Origin: a bacterium
Lineage (GTDB): Bacteria; UBA8248
NCBI GenBank assembly: GCA_965202625.1
Contig: CBDBBI010000010.1
Location: 2,048,001-2,112,000 of the forward strand
Length of the DNA: 64,000 nucleotides
Direction of reading: 5' to 3'
Positions 1 through 10,742 of the stretch are shown here, in pieces. The notes below the pieces were generated by a model. The model saw only the letters and a program-made list of their open reading frames with translations, made no database searches and was not told the DNA's origin. Numbering within the stretch: position 1 is the first letter of the stretch; each line of letters starts with the position of its first letter. Both the position numbers and the translations under genes were made by a program.

Positions 1-1
1 G

Positions 2-427
2 CCTGGGCGGGCCATGCGCAGCGCATGGGTGACGGTGGGGGCGGTATTTTCTATCATGGTTGTCGTCATCACAGGTTTTGGCGTTTGGGCGAAGGAGATC
101 GTCTCTTTTTTTGGAGTGAGGGGCGCCGCTTTGTCCCACGCGGTCGTTTGTCTGCGGATATTGTGCGTTGGTCTCGGGTTTGAGGCCGTGCGGCGCGTGG
201 TGGCGGGGATATTTGAAGGGGCGTCATACACCAGACCTCCGATGATCGTTGAGGCGATAGTGCGCTGGGTTGTGCAGTTGCCCGGCGCGTATGTGCTGGC
301 TGTGTGGATGGGATTCAAGGAATTGGGAATTTGGTGGGCGGTGGCGGCGAGTCAGCTTATCGGCGGCGTGGCGCTGTTCGCGTGGTTTGCGATTGGCTGG
401 CGGCGGCGGGTGGGGCACCTTGAATGA
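2..427 (+). CDS. MATE family efflux transporter, C-terminal part (5' end outside window)
   Basis: Hydrophobic helices; G-x-FEGA-x-x-T-x-PPM and LGIWWAVAASQ are typical MATE C-terminal segments; frame is open to the window edge. Confidence 0.8.
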   Translation, partial: PGRAMRSAWVTVGAVFSIMVVVITGFGVWAKEIVSFFGVRGAALSHAVVCLRILCVGLGFEAVRRVVAGIFEGASYTRPPMIVEAIVRWVVQLPGAYVLAVWMGFKELGIWWAVAASQLIGGVALFAWFAIGWRRRVGHLE

Positions 428-1698
428 AAGGCCGAACCGCCTGCGGCGTCAAGACCTGAGCGTCATTCCTCATGCCTGGAGCCAATAACCTGGAACGCCG
501 ATAAGATGGTCGAAATCTTTTGGGTGGGGTGCCTGGGGCCCGAATAGCTGGCCGCTGTGTCTTTGAGCTTTCTGATCATCTTCTTTTTTCTTGCGGTTAG
601 CTTTGGCGTCAGAATCGCCGACAGTGCTTTGGTGGCCCAGAAGGTTGGAGCGGGAGAACCTGAAAGCGCAAGCCATGTGGCAGGCCAGTCGCTTTTGCTT
701 GCGGGTGCGTATTACGTCGCGTTTGCTCAGCCTCCTGACTTCCGACGCTGAAGTGATTCGGGTGGACGTTGGATATTTGCAGGCGTCGCTCACCATCGCG
801 TTCGTGGACGGCGCTTTTGCGGTCTCGCATCAACTGAGAGCGACTGGCCAACCTGGAAAGTCTTTGGCTGGTCTTGGCGTTTCGACCCTCGTGTCCGTCG
901 CCTTGATTCCCTCTCTTGTCTTTGGACTGGGACCGTTTCCGGAATGGGGGCTCCCTGGTTCCGCTTTTGGCGTCGGTGCGGGCCGGACGCTTTCGTCTCT
1001 ATATCAGATGGCGTCATCTTAAGCCCCATGCGGGGACCATGTGGCGCATCGTTTCTTTGGGTTGGCCGGCGTCGACGCAAAATGTGCTTGAGTGAGGCGC
1101 TCTTCGCATTCTGCTTAAGATTTTAGCGTTGCTTGGTCCGTTGGTGCTGGGCGCATGGTCGATTGGAAATCGACTTGGAACGGTTTCTCGTTTGCTTGAT
1201 TTTGGAATTCAGTCCGTCGTCCGGACGATGGTGGGGCAAAACATAGGCGCCGATCGGCCAGATCGCGCGTTGCGGAGCGTGAATCTCGCCATGTCTGGTT
1301 TGTTCGCCATCATGTGCGATATTATTTTTCTTTTTTATTTTTATGCGCAGGACATAGTTTTCCTCTTCGGAATGAGAGACGAAGGAATCAGCGTCGGCGT
1401 CCTTTGCGTGTGGGTACTCACCTTCGGCGCCTTGTTTGAGGCCATGCGGCGCATGTTGGCGGGCGCTTTTCAGGGAGCGGCCCATACGAAGCCGCCGATG
1501 GTTGTGGAGGCGTTCATTCGTTGGGGTTTTCAAATACCTCTCGCGTATTGCGCCGCCTTGCCGCTGGGGTTCGGCAACTCCGGCGTATAGGGTGCGATGG
1601 CGATAAGTCATTTTGCGGGCGGTATATGCCTTTTGGTTTGGTTTTACGTTTGGATCCGCAGGGGCGGGATCGGCTCACATGCGGAAGCGAGGTCTTGA
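420..1698 (+). pseudogene. Second MATE family transporter, degraded tandem paralog
   Basis: MATE motifs are spread over several frames (VGCLGPE*LAAVSLSF, LVAQKVGAG, MVGQNIGA, GAFQGAAHTKPPMVVEAFIRW). An in-frame TAG at 1588-1590 sits where the upstream paralog has W, and homology continues to TGA 1696-1698. Confidence 0.8.
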
Positions 1699-1917
1699 CG
1701 GCTAGGCGACGCGAACCTTCCCTGAAACATTCTGTTCCATGACAATCGGGTTTGGGTGCGCCGATGGGGCGTATGCGCATGAAGCGGCGGAATGGCGCAA
1801 GTGGCTATGGCGCGGCTGATGGATTCTCGACGCGTCAAGTCCTCTTTTGGCATGGGCGTATGATTTGCTGTTGATTCATCGCGCGCCGAGACGAACGACG
1901 TGAAAGGCGAGAGATTT

Positions 1918-4284
1918 ATGAACCATAAAACGTGTTGTCTTTGTTTGATGTTGGTGGTTCTGTGCGTCTTCTCCCCTGTTGCGCATGTGGCGCAGGCTGA
2001 TTCCCTTGAAACAACGGAGGCGAAGGATTGGGGGATCGTTTTGGGCGATGCGACTCGATATCTGCAAGGCGGCGAGAAAACCCCCGGTCTTACCCAGGGG
2101 TATTTGTCCCTGGTGCGACGCGTCCGGGTGCGCGCGGATAGTGCCAAGGCGCGCTACGAAGAAGATCTTCGCCTTTCTGAAAAACTGCTCAAGGCCATCG
2201 GTCCTCCGCCGGCGAAGGGCGAGCTGCCCGAGACGAAGGAGATAGACGAGAGAAGGGAGCGTTATCACCGTCGAGTCACCATCGCACGCGCTCGCCTTGC
2301 CGAGGCAGAGGTGACCATCCTTCGCGCAGGAGGGCTTGAAGAAGCTTTGTCCGGCGTGAAGCTGGAGCGGCTGTTGAAAGGCGTTTCCCGGCGCCTTCCT
2401 GTGCCTGTTTCTCCGGACGTAATCAGAAAGGGTGTTCCAGAACTTGGAGCGAGGTTGTGGCGGGTGTTCCTTTCTCCGTTGGATTGGCGCGCGAATCTGC
2501 CTCCTGAAAGTAGTGCTGGCGCCGTTTTATGGCCAGGGATCGTAGTATTGGTTCTGGGCGCATTTTTGGGGTGGGGAATCAGGCGAAAGGTTTTGGCTTT
2601 CCTCGGCCGAGACTCTGGCATGTCGGAGCCCTCCTATGCGCGTCGGCTCGGCGGTGCCATCGCCGAAGGCGGCGCCAACGGCGTTTTGCCAGGCGTCGTT
2701 TTGGCGGCGCTTTATTTGTGGCTCACCCAACCAGGCGCTTTGGTGAGCGGGCTTTTTGCCGAGGCGCTCACTTCTTTTCTTGTGTCCATGCTGTTCTTTT
2801 GTTTGGTGGCCGCCTTCGCCCGATCGTTCTTCTCTCCCGATCGGCCGGCCTGGCGGCTCACCGGGCAATCCGCAGAAAACGCACGAAGCGCGTATCGCTT
2901 GATTCTTGTTCTAGCGGCGATTTTCTCGATCGACATGTTTTTTTCAAATCTTTGGGGCGAGGAGGGGGGTTCTCCTGAGTCCACGTCTATCTATCAGGCG
3001 GTGTTTGGCGTTTTGGAGGGTTGGTTTTTCATCAGGCTGGGGCGAGGGGAGCTCTGGCGAGCCGAAGCGCCCCAGGAAGGCGAAGGATTGCCTCCGGGAC
3101 GGGCGTGGGAATTCGTGCGTCGCGTGGCGAGGGGGCTCGCCATGCTCGGGGTTGCGGCGTTGTTTGTCGGCTATGGCGTTTTCGGCAAGCGCCTTCTCGC
3201 CAATCTCATCCTGACGAGCCTTCTTCTTTTTGCGGCGCTTTTTCTGCGCAGACTCCTGCATGAACTCCTGTCTTGGTCCGTCCGGTCGGAATTTGTCCAG
3301 AAGAAGTTGCGTGTTTCCTCTCCGATGGTGGAGGCGCTTCGTCCTTGGGTGCACGTGATTCTCGAGGCGGCCGTTTTCCTCTTCGGTGCTGTCCTTATCG
3401 TAGTCGCTTGGGGGGCACCGCCGGATGATCTCCTGCGCTGGATTTTGCGGGCGCTATCCGGATTCCAGATAGGCAGCATTCGCATCTCTGTCATCGACGT
3501 TGTTCTGGCCGTCCTCACCTTCTTTCTCGTCATGGCGGGGGCGAGGTTTTTGCAAATGCAGTTGTCCGAGCGGTTTCTTGAACAGACGAATTTGCCCTCG
3601 AGCGTGCGCCATTCCCTCAACGCGGGTCTGAGCTATGTGAGCGTGATCTTTGCGGCCCTGTTAAGCGTTTCTGTGGCGGGAATCAATCTCACAAATCTCG
3701 CTCTGGTTGCCGGTGCCATCTCTGTCGGGGTCGGTTTTGGACTGCAAAACGTGGTGAACAACTTTGTTTCTGGAATGATCCTTCTGGTCGAGAGGCCTAT
3801 CAAGGTGGGGGATTGGGTCCGCGTGGAGGACGATGAGGGAATTGTAAAAAAAGTCCAGTTTCGCGCGACGGAACTGGAAACTTTCCAGCGCGCTTCGGTG
3901 ATCATTCCGAACGCGAAGATCATTTCAACGTCGGTCCTCAATCTCACTCATCGGGACAACTATGGCCGCGTGGAAGTGAAGGTGGGCGTAGCGTATGGTT
4001 CTGACGTGGAAAAGGTGCGGGAGGTTCTGCTGGACGTCGCCAGTAAAAACGAACGGGTGAGCGATTCTCCGGCTCCTTTCGTCGTATTTCGCGATTTTGG
4101 TGCGAGCAGCTTGGATTTTGAGGTCCGCTGTTTCACTTCAAACGTCATGAGCCGAATGGGGGTCGGAAGCGATTTGAGGTTTACAATCGAGCGCCGATTT
4201 CGTGAGGAGGGCATCGAAATACCCTTCCCGCAAAGGGTGGTGAATCTTGTCAACCCGAAAGAGAACGAGGAGGAAGAGGCGTAG
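1918..4284 (+). CDS. Large mechanosensitive channel, MscS/MscK family, with N-terminal periplasmic coiled coil
   Basis: Signal peptide, many TM helices, C-terminal MscS core GVGFGLQNVVNNFVSGMILLVERPIKVGDW ... VGVAYGSD ... IEIPFPQR. Confidence 0.93.
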   Translation: MNHKTCCLCLMLVVLCVFSPVAHVAQADSLETTEAKDWGIVLGDATRYLQGGEKTPGLTQGYLSLVRRVRVRADSAKARYEEDLRLSEKLLKAIGPPPAKGELPETKEIDERRERYHRRVTIARARLAEAEVTILRAGGLEEALSGVKLERLLKGVSRRLPVPVSPDVIRKGVPELGARLWRVFLSPLDWRANLPPESSAGAVLWPGIVVLVLGAFLGWGIRRKVLAFLGRDSGMSEPSYARRLGGAIAEGGANGVLPGVVLAALYLWLTQPGALVSGLFAEALTSFLVSMLFFCLVAAFARSFFSPDRPAWRLTGQSAENARSAYRLILVLAAIFSIDMFFSNLWGEEGGSPESTSIYQAVFGVLEGWFFIRLGRGELWRAEAPQEGEGLPPGRAWEFVRRVARGLAMLGVAALFVGYGVFGKRLLANLILTSLLLFAALFLRRLLHELLSWSVRSEFVQKKLRVSSPMVEALRPWVHVILEAAVFLFGAVLIVVAWGAPPDDLLRWILRALSGFQIGSIRISVIDVVLAVLTFFLVMAGARFLQMQLSERFLEQTNLPSSVRHSLNAGLSYVSVIFAALLSVSVAGINLTNLALVAGAISVGVGFGLQNVVNNFVSGMILLVERPIKVGDWVRVEDDEGIVKKVQFRATELETFQRASVIIPNAKIISTSVLNLTHRDNYGRVEVKVGVAYGSDVEKVREVLLDVASKNERVSDSPAPFVVFRDFGASSLDFEVRCFTSNVMSRMGVGSDLRFTIERRFREEGIEIPFPQRVVNLVNPKENEEEEA

Positions 4285-4286
4285 AA

Positions 4287-5303
4287 TTACGTATACGTGT
4301 AGGGTCTTGGCTCGGGCTTTTGCCCCACCTTGTTTCTTAGGACGCCGAGCGGTCCCATGTCAATTTCCACGACGTCCCCTGGTTGAATCCATCGGCCGAT
4401 CTCCATGCCGCATCCTCCGGGGACGGTGCCTGAGCCCAGCAAGTCTCCCGTGAGGAGGTTCTCGTCCCGCGCGGTGTAGGCGAGCATCTGCCCAAAAGTC
4501 CAATACATCTCTCCAGGCGTGGTTTCCACCCAGGTTTCTCCGTTGACTCTCGCGGCCATGGGAATGTTTTTGGGGTCGCCGACCTCATCCGCCGTGGCTA
4601 TCCAGGGGCCGAAGCTCCAGCACCAATCCTTGCTTTTGTAGGGCCCTGTTCCCATTGCCATTTCGCCCCCTTGTGCGTCTCGCGCGCTCCAGTCGTTCAA
4701 TATCGCGTAGCCAAAGATGTGCTTATGCGCATCCTCTTCTGCAATATCCCTTCCTGGCACACCGACTACGCAGCAGAACTCGAGCTCGAAATCCATCTTG
4801 TCAGTGAAGCTGGGCCAAGGTGCCTCCTCCTCAGGCCCGGCCATGTGGGCGCAACTCGACTTGAAAGCGAGAGGGCGATCATACCAGGTTTGGGGAATTT
4901 CGAGGTTCATCGCCGTGAACGTTTTTTTGAGGTGTCGCTCGAATCCGGCAAAGCCACGGATGAGCGGAGGCCGCTTTATCGGCGCGAGAAGCCGGGTTTC
5001 GCTCGGCGTATATATGATTTGCTCCCCGCGAGGTCCTCGGGCGTCCTCATGGTTGAGCGCGTATTCGAATGCCTCTTCTGCGGCTTCGACGCCGCCTTGG
5101 CCGGACGCGGCGAGGGCCAGCATGTCTGATGGAATGAGGGCGTCCGCCATGGCTTGCGCGCGCGCGGAGCCGCACTGCTTGAATTTCGCCGCCGCCGCGA
5201 AGTTGAGGTCAACGTATCGGAAGCCATCGCTCTTGGATACGACGGCGCCCAAGCGTTCGAACGGACCAACGGGCGTACGGACTTCAAAGGCGCAAAATTT
5301 CAT
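4287..5303 (-). CDS. Fumarylacetoacetate hydrolase (FAH) family protein
   Basis: DFELE, GYAILNDWSARD, K-S-K-D, FGPWI, GDLLGSGT motifs. Confidence 0.9.
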   Translation of the reverse strand: MKFCAFEVRTPVGPFERLGAVVSKSDGFRYVDLNFAAAAKFKQCGSARAQAMADALIPSDMLALAASGQGGVEAAEEAFEYALNHEDARGPRGEQIIYTPSETRLLAPIKRPPLIRGFAGFERHLKKTFTAMNLEIPQTWYDRPLAFKSSCAHMAGPEEEAPWPSFTDKMDFELEFCCVVGVPGRDIAEEDAHKHIFGYAILNDWSARDAQGGEMAMGTGPYKSKDWCWSFGPWIATADEVGDPKNIPMAARVNGETWVETTPGEMYWTFGQMLAYTARDENLLTGDLLGSGTVPGGCGMEIGRWIQPGDVVEIDMGPLGVLRNKVGQKPEPRPYTYT

Positions 5304-5411
5304 GGCGGCTCTCCGTGTGGATGAAATTCAGATGGCGTCCATCGCCGCGGGGCCTAACTCGCGGATCGTCTTTTCGCGCATCACCCTCAAAAAACGATGC
5401 GCGAGACCCTC

Positions 5412-5936
5412 TCATTCCAAATCGATTTTGTCCTTCTCGTCCGTTTCCGGAAAAGGACCTTCCTTGATTTCGATAAGTTTTGAATCATCTTCGAGAAACT
5501 CCACTTCATGTCCTTCATACATCAATATGAGATCGTCACGGCACAAAATCGCATCGCCCAGATTTTCTCCTTCCCTGGTGAACACGCCAACCCGAACCTT
5601 GCCGCGCTGACACAAGAGAATCTGGTGCCGCGTGGCGTTCGTGGTTCTCCCTTCCACTACGTGATAATGCGCTTTGGTGATAGCGCCTTTGGGTCTGTTC
5701 AGGACGATGATTTGAAGGGGGACGTCATCGTCTGTTAGGTGGGCCTTGGTATTGCGCTCCGCATCGATCCCTTGGCCAGCGTATGCGGTGCGAATGTGTT
5801 CTTTCGCCTCATCGGTATCCAAATAGGGGGGAAATTTGGCGTAGTCGCTGAAATCCCCTTTGACGTGAATGGCGATCGTGCGTCCATCGGAAGCCTTGTA
5901 GTAGTCTACGCTTTTGTAATCCATTTCTAGAGTCAT
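5412..5936 (-). CDS. Cupin-fold protein of unknown function
   Basis: AHYH...QILLCQRGKVRV...DLILMYEGHEV...EIKEGPF cupin-like pattern; GAGGA RBS before ATG 5936. Confidence 0.7.
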   Translation of the reverse strand: MTLEMDYKSVDYYKASDGRTIAIHVKGDFSDYAKFPPYLDTDEAKEHIRTAYAGQGIDAERNTKAHLTDDDVPLQIIVLNRPKGAITKAHYHVVEGRTTNATRHQILLCQRGKVRVGVFTREGENLGDAILCRDDLILMYEGHEVEFLEDDSKLIEIKEGPFPETDEKDKIDLE

Positions 5937-6006
5937 CGTTTTTCCTCGGATGTGATCGGAGTCTGGTGTTTCAGGACGCATCTACCATGAGAGATTTTAA
6001 AAAATA

Positions 6007-6891
6007 TCATAAATGGACCTTTGTGATCTTCATGTGAAAATCAAGCGGAGGGGCGGCGCGGACGAGCGAACTGGTGGAAATGTAGTCCACTCCCGTCTGC
6101 GCAACGCGCCTCAAGTCGCCGTCGCCAACGCCAGAAGCCTCGAGCGCGTAGGGTTTTCGGGTTTTTGAGGCGTTGCCAGCCTCTCGGGCGCGGGAGACGG
6201 CCTTTTGAAGTGTTTCCACGTCCATGTTGTCGAGCAGGATCATGTGGACGCGCCCGTCTTCGATTACCTCGTCCAGCTGCGTCAGGTTTTGCGCTTCAAT
6301 TTGAATTTCCGTCATGTAGCGGTTGCCGAATTGTCTGTCGATGGCAGCGGCGATGGAGCCAGCGGCCGCAATGTCGTTGTCCTTTATCAGCGCGCCATCG
6401 AAAAAACCGAGGCGATGATTTTGTCCCCCGCCTGCGCGGACTGCGTATTTTTCAAAATAGCGCAAGCCCGGCCGGTTTTTTCGCGTATCGACGATGCCCT
6501 TGAACGTTGCGGGGAAATCTCCGAAACGAGCGAGCGCGCGCGCTGTATGCGTGGCAATTTCGGATATATGGGAGATAAGGTTAAGGGCGGTGCGCTCCGC
6601 CTTCAGAATGGTCTGGGCGTGTGCGGAAACGCGTGCCAGCAGCTCGCCTTGGGAAATTTTGGCGCCTTCGCTTTTTTGCCAGCGCACTTGAGGCGATTGA
6701 CCCTCCCCAAGGGCTAAAAGATTTTGGGTCTCCTCCAACACGGGAAGGAAGAATGGCGCGCCCGCGAGAACGGCGTCGGTTTTGGAGCGGAACTCCGCCA
6801 CGCACCAAGGGTCTTTTGCGGCTTCATACTGAAGGGGTGCGTCTCCAAAGTCCTCTAAGAGCCATTCTCGAATTTTAGAGCGGACGTCCAT
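6007..6891 (-). CDS. nadC: Nicotinate-nucleotide diphosphorylase (quinolinate phosphoribosyltransferase)
   Basis: ERTALN, DTRK, GGGQNHRLG, LIKDN, ILLDNM, LEASG, GVDYIS. Confidence 0.95.
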   Translation of the reverse strand: MDVRSKIREWLLEDFGDAPLQYEAAKDPWCVAEFRSKTDAVLAGAPFFLPVLEETQNLLALGEGQSPQVRWQKSEGAKISQGELLARVSAHAQTILKAERTALNLISHISEIATHTARALARFGDFPATFKGIVDTRKNRPGLRYFEKYAVRAGGGQNHRLGFFDGALIKDNDIAAAGSIAAAIDRQFGNRYMTEIQIEAQNLTQLDEVIEDGRVHMILLDNMDVETLQKAVSRAREAGNASKTRKPYALEASGVGDGDLRRVAQTGVDYISTSSLVRAAPPLDFHMKITKVHL

Positions 6892-6908
6892 GTGTCGAGT
6901 GAAGCGCG

Positions 6909-8021
6909 CTATACGATTTCAAGCATACGTTCGATGGGTATTCGCGCGCGCCGCGCCAGCTCTGCGTCCACGGTAATTTCATGTTTCAGGTCGCGCAGGC
7001 ATTCATAGAGGTTTTGCAACGTGTTTTGCTTCATGTAGGCGCAAAGCGCCTCCCGGCTCGCGGGAATCAAGGTTTTATTCGGAACTGCCTTGGACATGGG
7101 ATGGAGGTTTCCTACCTCGGTGGCCACGATGACCTCCGAATGCGGAACCTCTTCGACCAGCTTGATCATGCCTTGGGTGGATCGGAACTGGAGCATGTTC
7201 TCGGGCACGATGCCGTCTTTCACCTGACGCATACACGCGCTGGTGCATCCGCACTCGGGATGCACCACGGTGATGGCTTCAGGATGTAGTTGTTGCTGTG
7301 CCGCGACGTGATGCGGACGAATTCTCTCATGGACGTGACACGCGCCCATCATAAGGTGGAGACGGTCGAGGGTGTGGCCTTCGCTCTCCAAGAGCTTGGC
7401 CGCGTAGAAGCCTAAGAATACGTCGGGCAAAAACAGTATGGGCTGTTCGGGTTTCGAGTTTTCGAGGATGTGGAGGGTGACCTTGCCCGCATTGGCGGAC
7501 GCGCAACAGTAATCGCTCTCCGCCTTCACCTCCAGGTATGTGTTGACGTAACTGATGATGATTCCGTCGGGGTGGGCCGTTTTCCATCGTCGAATTTTAT
7601 CGACGTCGGCGTGCGCAGCCAAAGAGCAAAGCGCCTTGAGGCTGGGGGCCAAGACGGTCTGATGCGACTTTTTGAGCGCGGCCAGAATCTGGTTCATGAA
7701 CAACACGGACGGCTCCACCAGATAATCTGCGTCTGAAGCGGCGCCTTGCTGGGCTAAAAACAACGAATCGCCTATGATGTCGGATACGTCCTGAATATCT
7801 TTGGGCACATAGTTGTGGGCGAGGACGAGCGCGTTTCTCTCTTTCTTGAGACGCCCTATCTCGCCTTGGAGAAACTCTCTTTCCTCCTCCGTGACATTCT
7901 CGGGGCGCGCGTTCTCGGGAATTTCGGGAACGTCGATGGAAGGTCCAAGGTCTGTTTGGTCCATGAACGCGATGGCGTCTTTTGCGGGCAGTATGTCTCC
8001 AGCTTCAATATCTACAATCAT
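6909..8021 (-). CDS. nadA: Quinolinate synthase
   Basis: LAHNY, GDSL, three Fe-S cysteines (CSL, CHVH, CAYMK), SYVNT, HPEC; start chosen at the RBS-preceded ATG. Confidence 0.95.
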   Translation of the reverse strand: MIVDIEAGDILPAKDAIAFMDQTDLGPSIDVPEIPENARPENVTEEEREFLQGEIGRLKKERNALVLAHNYVPKDIQDVSDIIGDSLFLAQQGAASDADYLVEPSVLFMNQILAALKKSHQTVLAPSLKALCSLAAHADVDKIRRWKTAHPDGIIISYVNTYLEVKAESDYCCASANAGKVTLHILENSKPEQPILFLPDVFLGFYAAKLLESEGHTLDRLHLMMGACHVHERIRPHHVAAQQQLHPEAITVVHPECGCTSACMRQVKDGIVPENMLQFRSTQGMIKLVEEVPHSEVIVATEVGNLHPMSKAVPNKTLIPASREALCAYMKQNTLQNLYECLRDLKHEITVDAELARRARIPIERMLEIV

Positions 8022-8494
8022 TTCACACTCCATGGCCAAGGACGTCGCAACAACGCGTCTCTCATCCTTCGTCGGCGGGAAACCCGATGAGTTGCCCGGT
8101 TCTCTTAACGCCAAAAATCACAAGCGTGGAGAAAAAACGAGAACCTCGGCAACGTCTCCGCTCCTAAGCTCCTATAGAATAAAGTGTGATGCAGGATATT
8201 AGGTTACCCTTCTTCCAGTTTTAATTATTTCACGTCTCGTGCAGATAAGCAAAATCGAAACAGAGAAAAAACATGATTTTTTCTTGCCGATCGGGGCTCT
8301 TTTTGTTAGTTTTTCTGTTGAGGGTCTCTGCTTTGTCCATCCATATAGTAGCGGGCGAGGCGCATCTTCCTGTCAAGTAGTTTGAATCTCGGGTCGCCGA
8401 GCGGGACGATCCGTTTTTTGTTTGTTTGCGCATGAATCCGACGCGGCCTCTGAAACCCGTTTCGGTTTCGCGTGTGGAAACTATCGGGGAATCC

Positions 8495-8695
8495 ATGATG
8501 ACCCGCGGCGTGATTTGGTTGTTGGGCGCGTTGGCTTTGTCGGGCCTGTTGGTTTTCGCGTTGAATGGAGTTTGTTCAAATACGTCGATCTTTCCGGTGC
8601 TGAGCGGATATTTTTGTCCTAAGCCTTGGTTGAAATTTGAAGACGGTTCCACCAAATCCCCACTCAAAGAGGTGGAGCGACAAAAAAATGAGTGA
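8495..8695 (+). CDS. Small hypothetical membrane-anchored protein
   Basis: GGGGA RBS, N-terminal hydrophobic helix, ends 29 nt before the prpD-like gene. Confidence 0.5.
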   Translation: MMTRGVIWLLGALALSGLLVFALNGVCSNTSIFPVLSGYFCPKPWLKFEDGSTKSPLKEVERQKNE

Positions 8696-8724
8696 CGCCA
8701 GGGTTTTTTTAGAAAGGTGAGGCC

Positions 8725-10131
8725 ATGACGGATTCAGATTCTCTTATCACGGACGCCATAGTCGAGTTTGTCTTGGAGACAGGGGAGGAGGACGTTCCTG
8801 AGGACGTAAGGGTGATCATGCGCCGTTGTTTCGTAGATGGTGCCGGCTTGATGGTTGCGGGTTCCACGGAGGAGAGCGGCCGTATCATTCAAAATTACCT
8901 CAGAGAAATTGGCGGAGAGCCAGAGGCGCGCGTGATCGGAACGAATATCATGGTACCGGCGCATCTCGCCGCTTTGGCCAACGGGGTCGCGGGCCATGCG
9001 ATGGATTATGACGACACACAGTTGAGCAGCTATCCAGACCGCGTGTATGGCCTGTTGACGCACCCCACGTGCCCGGTGATGCCTGCCGCGCTCGCCCTTG
9101 CGGAGACTCTGGGCGCGACGGGGCGGGAACTTCTCACCGCGTTCGCGCTGGGTTTTGAGGTGGAATGCAAGGTGGCGGAGGCGATTCGGCCAGATCATTA
9201 CGTCAAAGGGTTTCATACTACGGGAACCATCGGTGCCATTGGAGCGGCAACCGCGGCGGCCAAGTTGATGGGGTTGGATGAGCACCAGTTGCGCATGTGC
9301 TACGGCATCGCTTGCTCGGAAAGCGCGGGTCTGCGCGCGAATTTTGGAACGATGACGAAGCCGTACCACTGCGGCCGTGCGGCGGAGAACGGCATCGTGG
9401 CGGCGAGGCTGGCCTCGGGCGGCTACTCTTCTGATCCCGCGATATTTGATGGTTGCTGGGGATTTTTCCAGATCATGGGCGGCGGCTGCGATCAAGATTA
9501 CGTCGTTGGAAAACTTGGCGCCCCCTGGTCGGCGGTAGACCCGGGGGTTTCGATCAAGCCCTACCCTTGCGGCTCTCTCTCGCACCCCGCCATGGACGCC
9601 GCCAGAGATTTGATTTTGGAGAACGACGTAAGGCACGAGCAGGTCAAGGAGCTGCGCTTCGGCACCACCTCGCGCGTGTTGGAACCTCTGCGTTATGAGG
9701 CGCCGCAAAATGAACTTGAGGCGAAGTTCTCTCTGCAGTTTGGTTTCGCCGTCTTGTTGTTGGAGCGCGCGGCCGGAATCGCCCAATACAAGGACGAAGT
9801 CGTCAAGCGCGCGGACGTCGTGGAGATGATGAAGAAGATAAAGACTTTCAAAGACCCCGAAATCGAGGCACAGGGTTACGCCCTCATCCGTGGCAAGGTC
9901 GAGATAGAGCTCGAAGACGGGACGGTGCACGAGAAAATGTCGGAAATCTCCCGCGGTGCCCCGCAGCGTCCCATGGACCGCGAGGAGCTTTTTGAGAAGT
10001 TCACCGAGTGCAGCAGCCTTGTGTATGACGACGAGCAAATCGCCATGCTTGAGGCGAAGCTCTACAAGATCGATACGCTCGAAAACGTTCATGGCCTCAT
10101 CGAACTCTTGGGTGAAAGAAGGGAAGCATAG
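8725..10131 (+). CDS. MmgE/PrpD family protein
   Basis: NGVAGHAMDYDD, HP, GFHTTG, GTMTKPYH, IKPYPCG, AKFSL motifs. Confidence 0.93.
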   Translation: MTDSDSLITDAIVEFVLETGEEDVPEDVRVIMRRCFVDGAGLMVAGSTEESGRIIQNYLREIGGEPEARVIGTNIMVPAHLAALANGVAGHAMDYDDTQLSSYPDRVYGLLTHPTCPVMPAALALAETLGATGRELLTAFALGFEVECKVAEAIRPDHYVKGFHTTGTIGAIGAATAAAKLMGLDEHQLRMCYGIACSESAGLRANFGTMTKPYHCGRAAENGIVAARLASGGYSSDPAIFDGCWGFFQIMGGGCDQDYVVGKLGAPWSAVDPGVSIKPYPCGSLSHPAMDAARDLILENDVRHEQVKELRFGTTSRVLEPLRYEAPQNELEAKFSLQFGFAVLLLERAAGIAQYKDEVVKRADVVEMMKKIKTFKDPEIEAQGYALIRGKVEIELEDGTVHEKMSEISRGAPQRPMDREELFEKFTECSSLVYDDEQIAMLEAKLYKIDTLENVHGLIELLGERREA

Positions 10132-10337
10132 TGATTTTCCCTTCGATCCGTCGTGCGCTTCTCGTCTGTCGGATGGATGGAGGAGCGAGAGCAGGACGGG
10201 GCTTTGCATCGCGCGAAGGCGTTCTGAAGGCGAAAAATCTCGGACAGCCATGCGCGGCTGGGGGCTGCAGTAGACTGTGCGTCGTCTTGTCCGGGCGCGT
10301 CTGGATGTGAAATTTTGTGTATGGAGACAAGCATTTG

Positions 10338-10742
10338 GTGAAGAGAGAAGAGGCGGGAAGGGTTTTTGTCGCTTGTTCTGATTTGATGTTCTCTGCGGGA
10401 ATTCGAGAAGAGGGTGCCTCTCTGGGGGTTGCGTTGGTGTTCATCGACTCTCAAGAGAAATTTGACGAGGCGCTCGAGATATTTCGCCCCGTATTGCTCA
10501 TGTCTGATCTGCACCACCACAAACTTGGTGGCGAGAGAGCGGGCGCGCTTGTGAAGAAACTGAAAGCCGGTGAAAAAACGAAGGATGCAGACGCCGTCGC
10601 CTGGGGCAAGCATACCGAGCCGGAGTTGCTCAAGTCGGCGCGGCGATGGGGTTTCGACAGGGTGATGCCGCGTTCTTTGTTTGTGAAAGAAATGCCCGAT
10701 ATCGTTCGGCGCGCGGCGAGACGGGCTCAGGCGATTGCATGA
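10338..10742 (+). CDS. Stand-alone atypical receiver (REC-like) domain protein
   Basis: Flavodoxin-like pattern (DLMF ... PVLLMSDL ... AWGKH ... GFDRVMPRS) without a canonical acidic pocket or the conserved Lys. Confidence 0.65.
   Translation: MKREEAGRVFVACSDLMFSAGIREEGASLGVALVFIDSQEKFDEALEIFRPVLLMSDLHHHKLGGERAGALVKKLKAGEKTKDADAVAWGKHTEPELLKSARRWGFDRVMPRSLFVKEMPDIVRRAARRAQAIA

Noticed and set aside
8734-10251. Long antisense ORFs (505 aa here; also 24002-25069, 51649-52986, 52629-53969, 55014-55967)
   Set aside because: Shadow or alternate frames of well-supported GC-rich genes, with no recognisable motifs.
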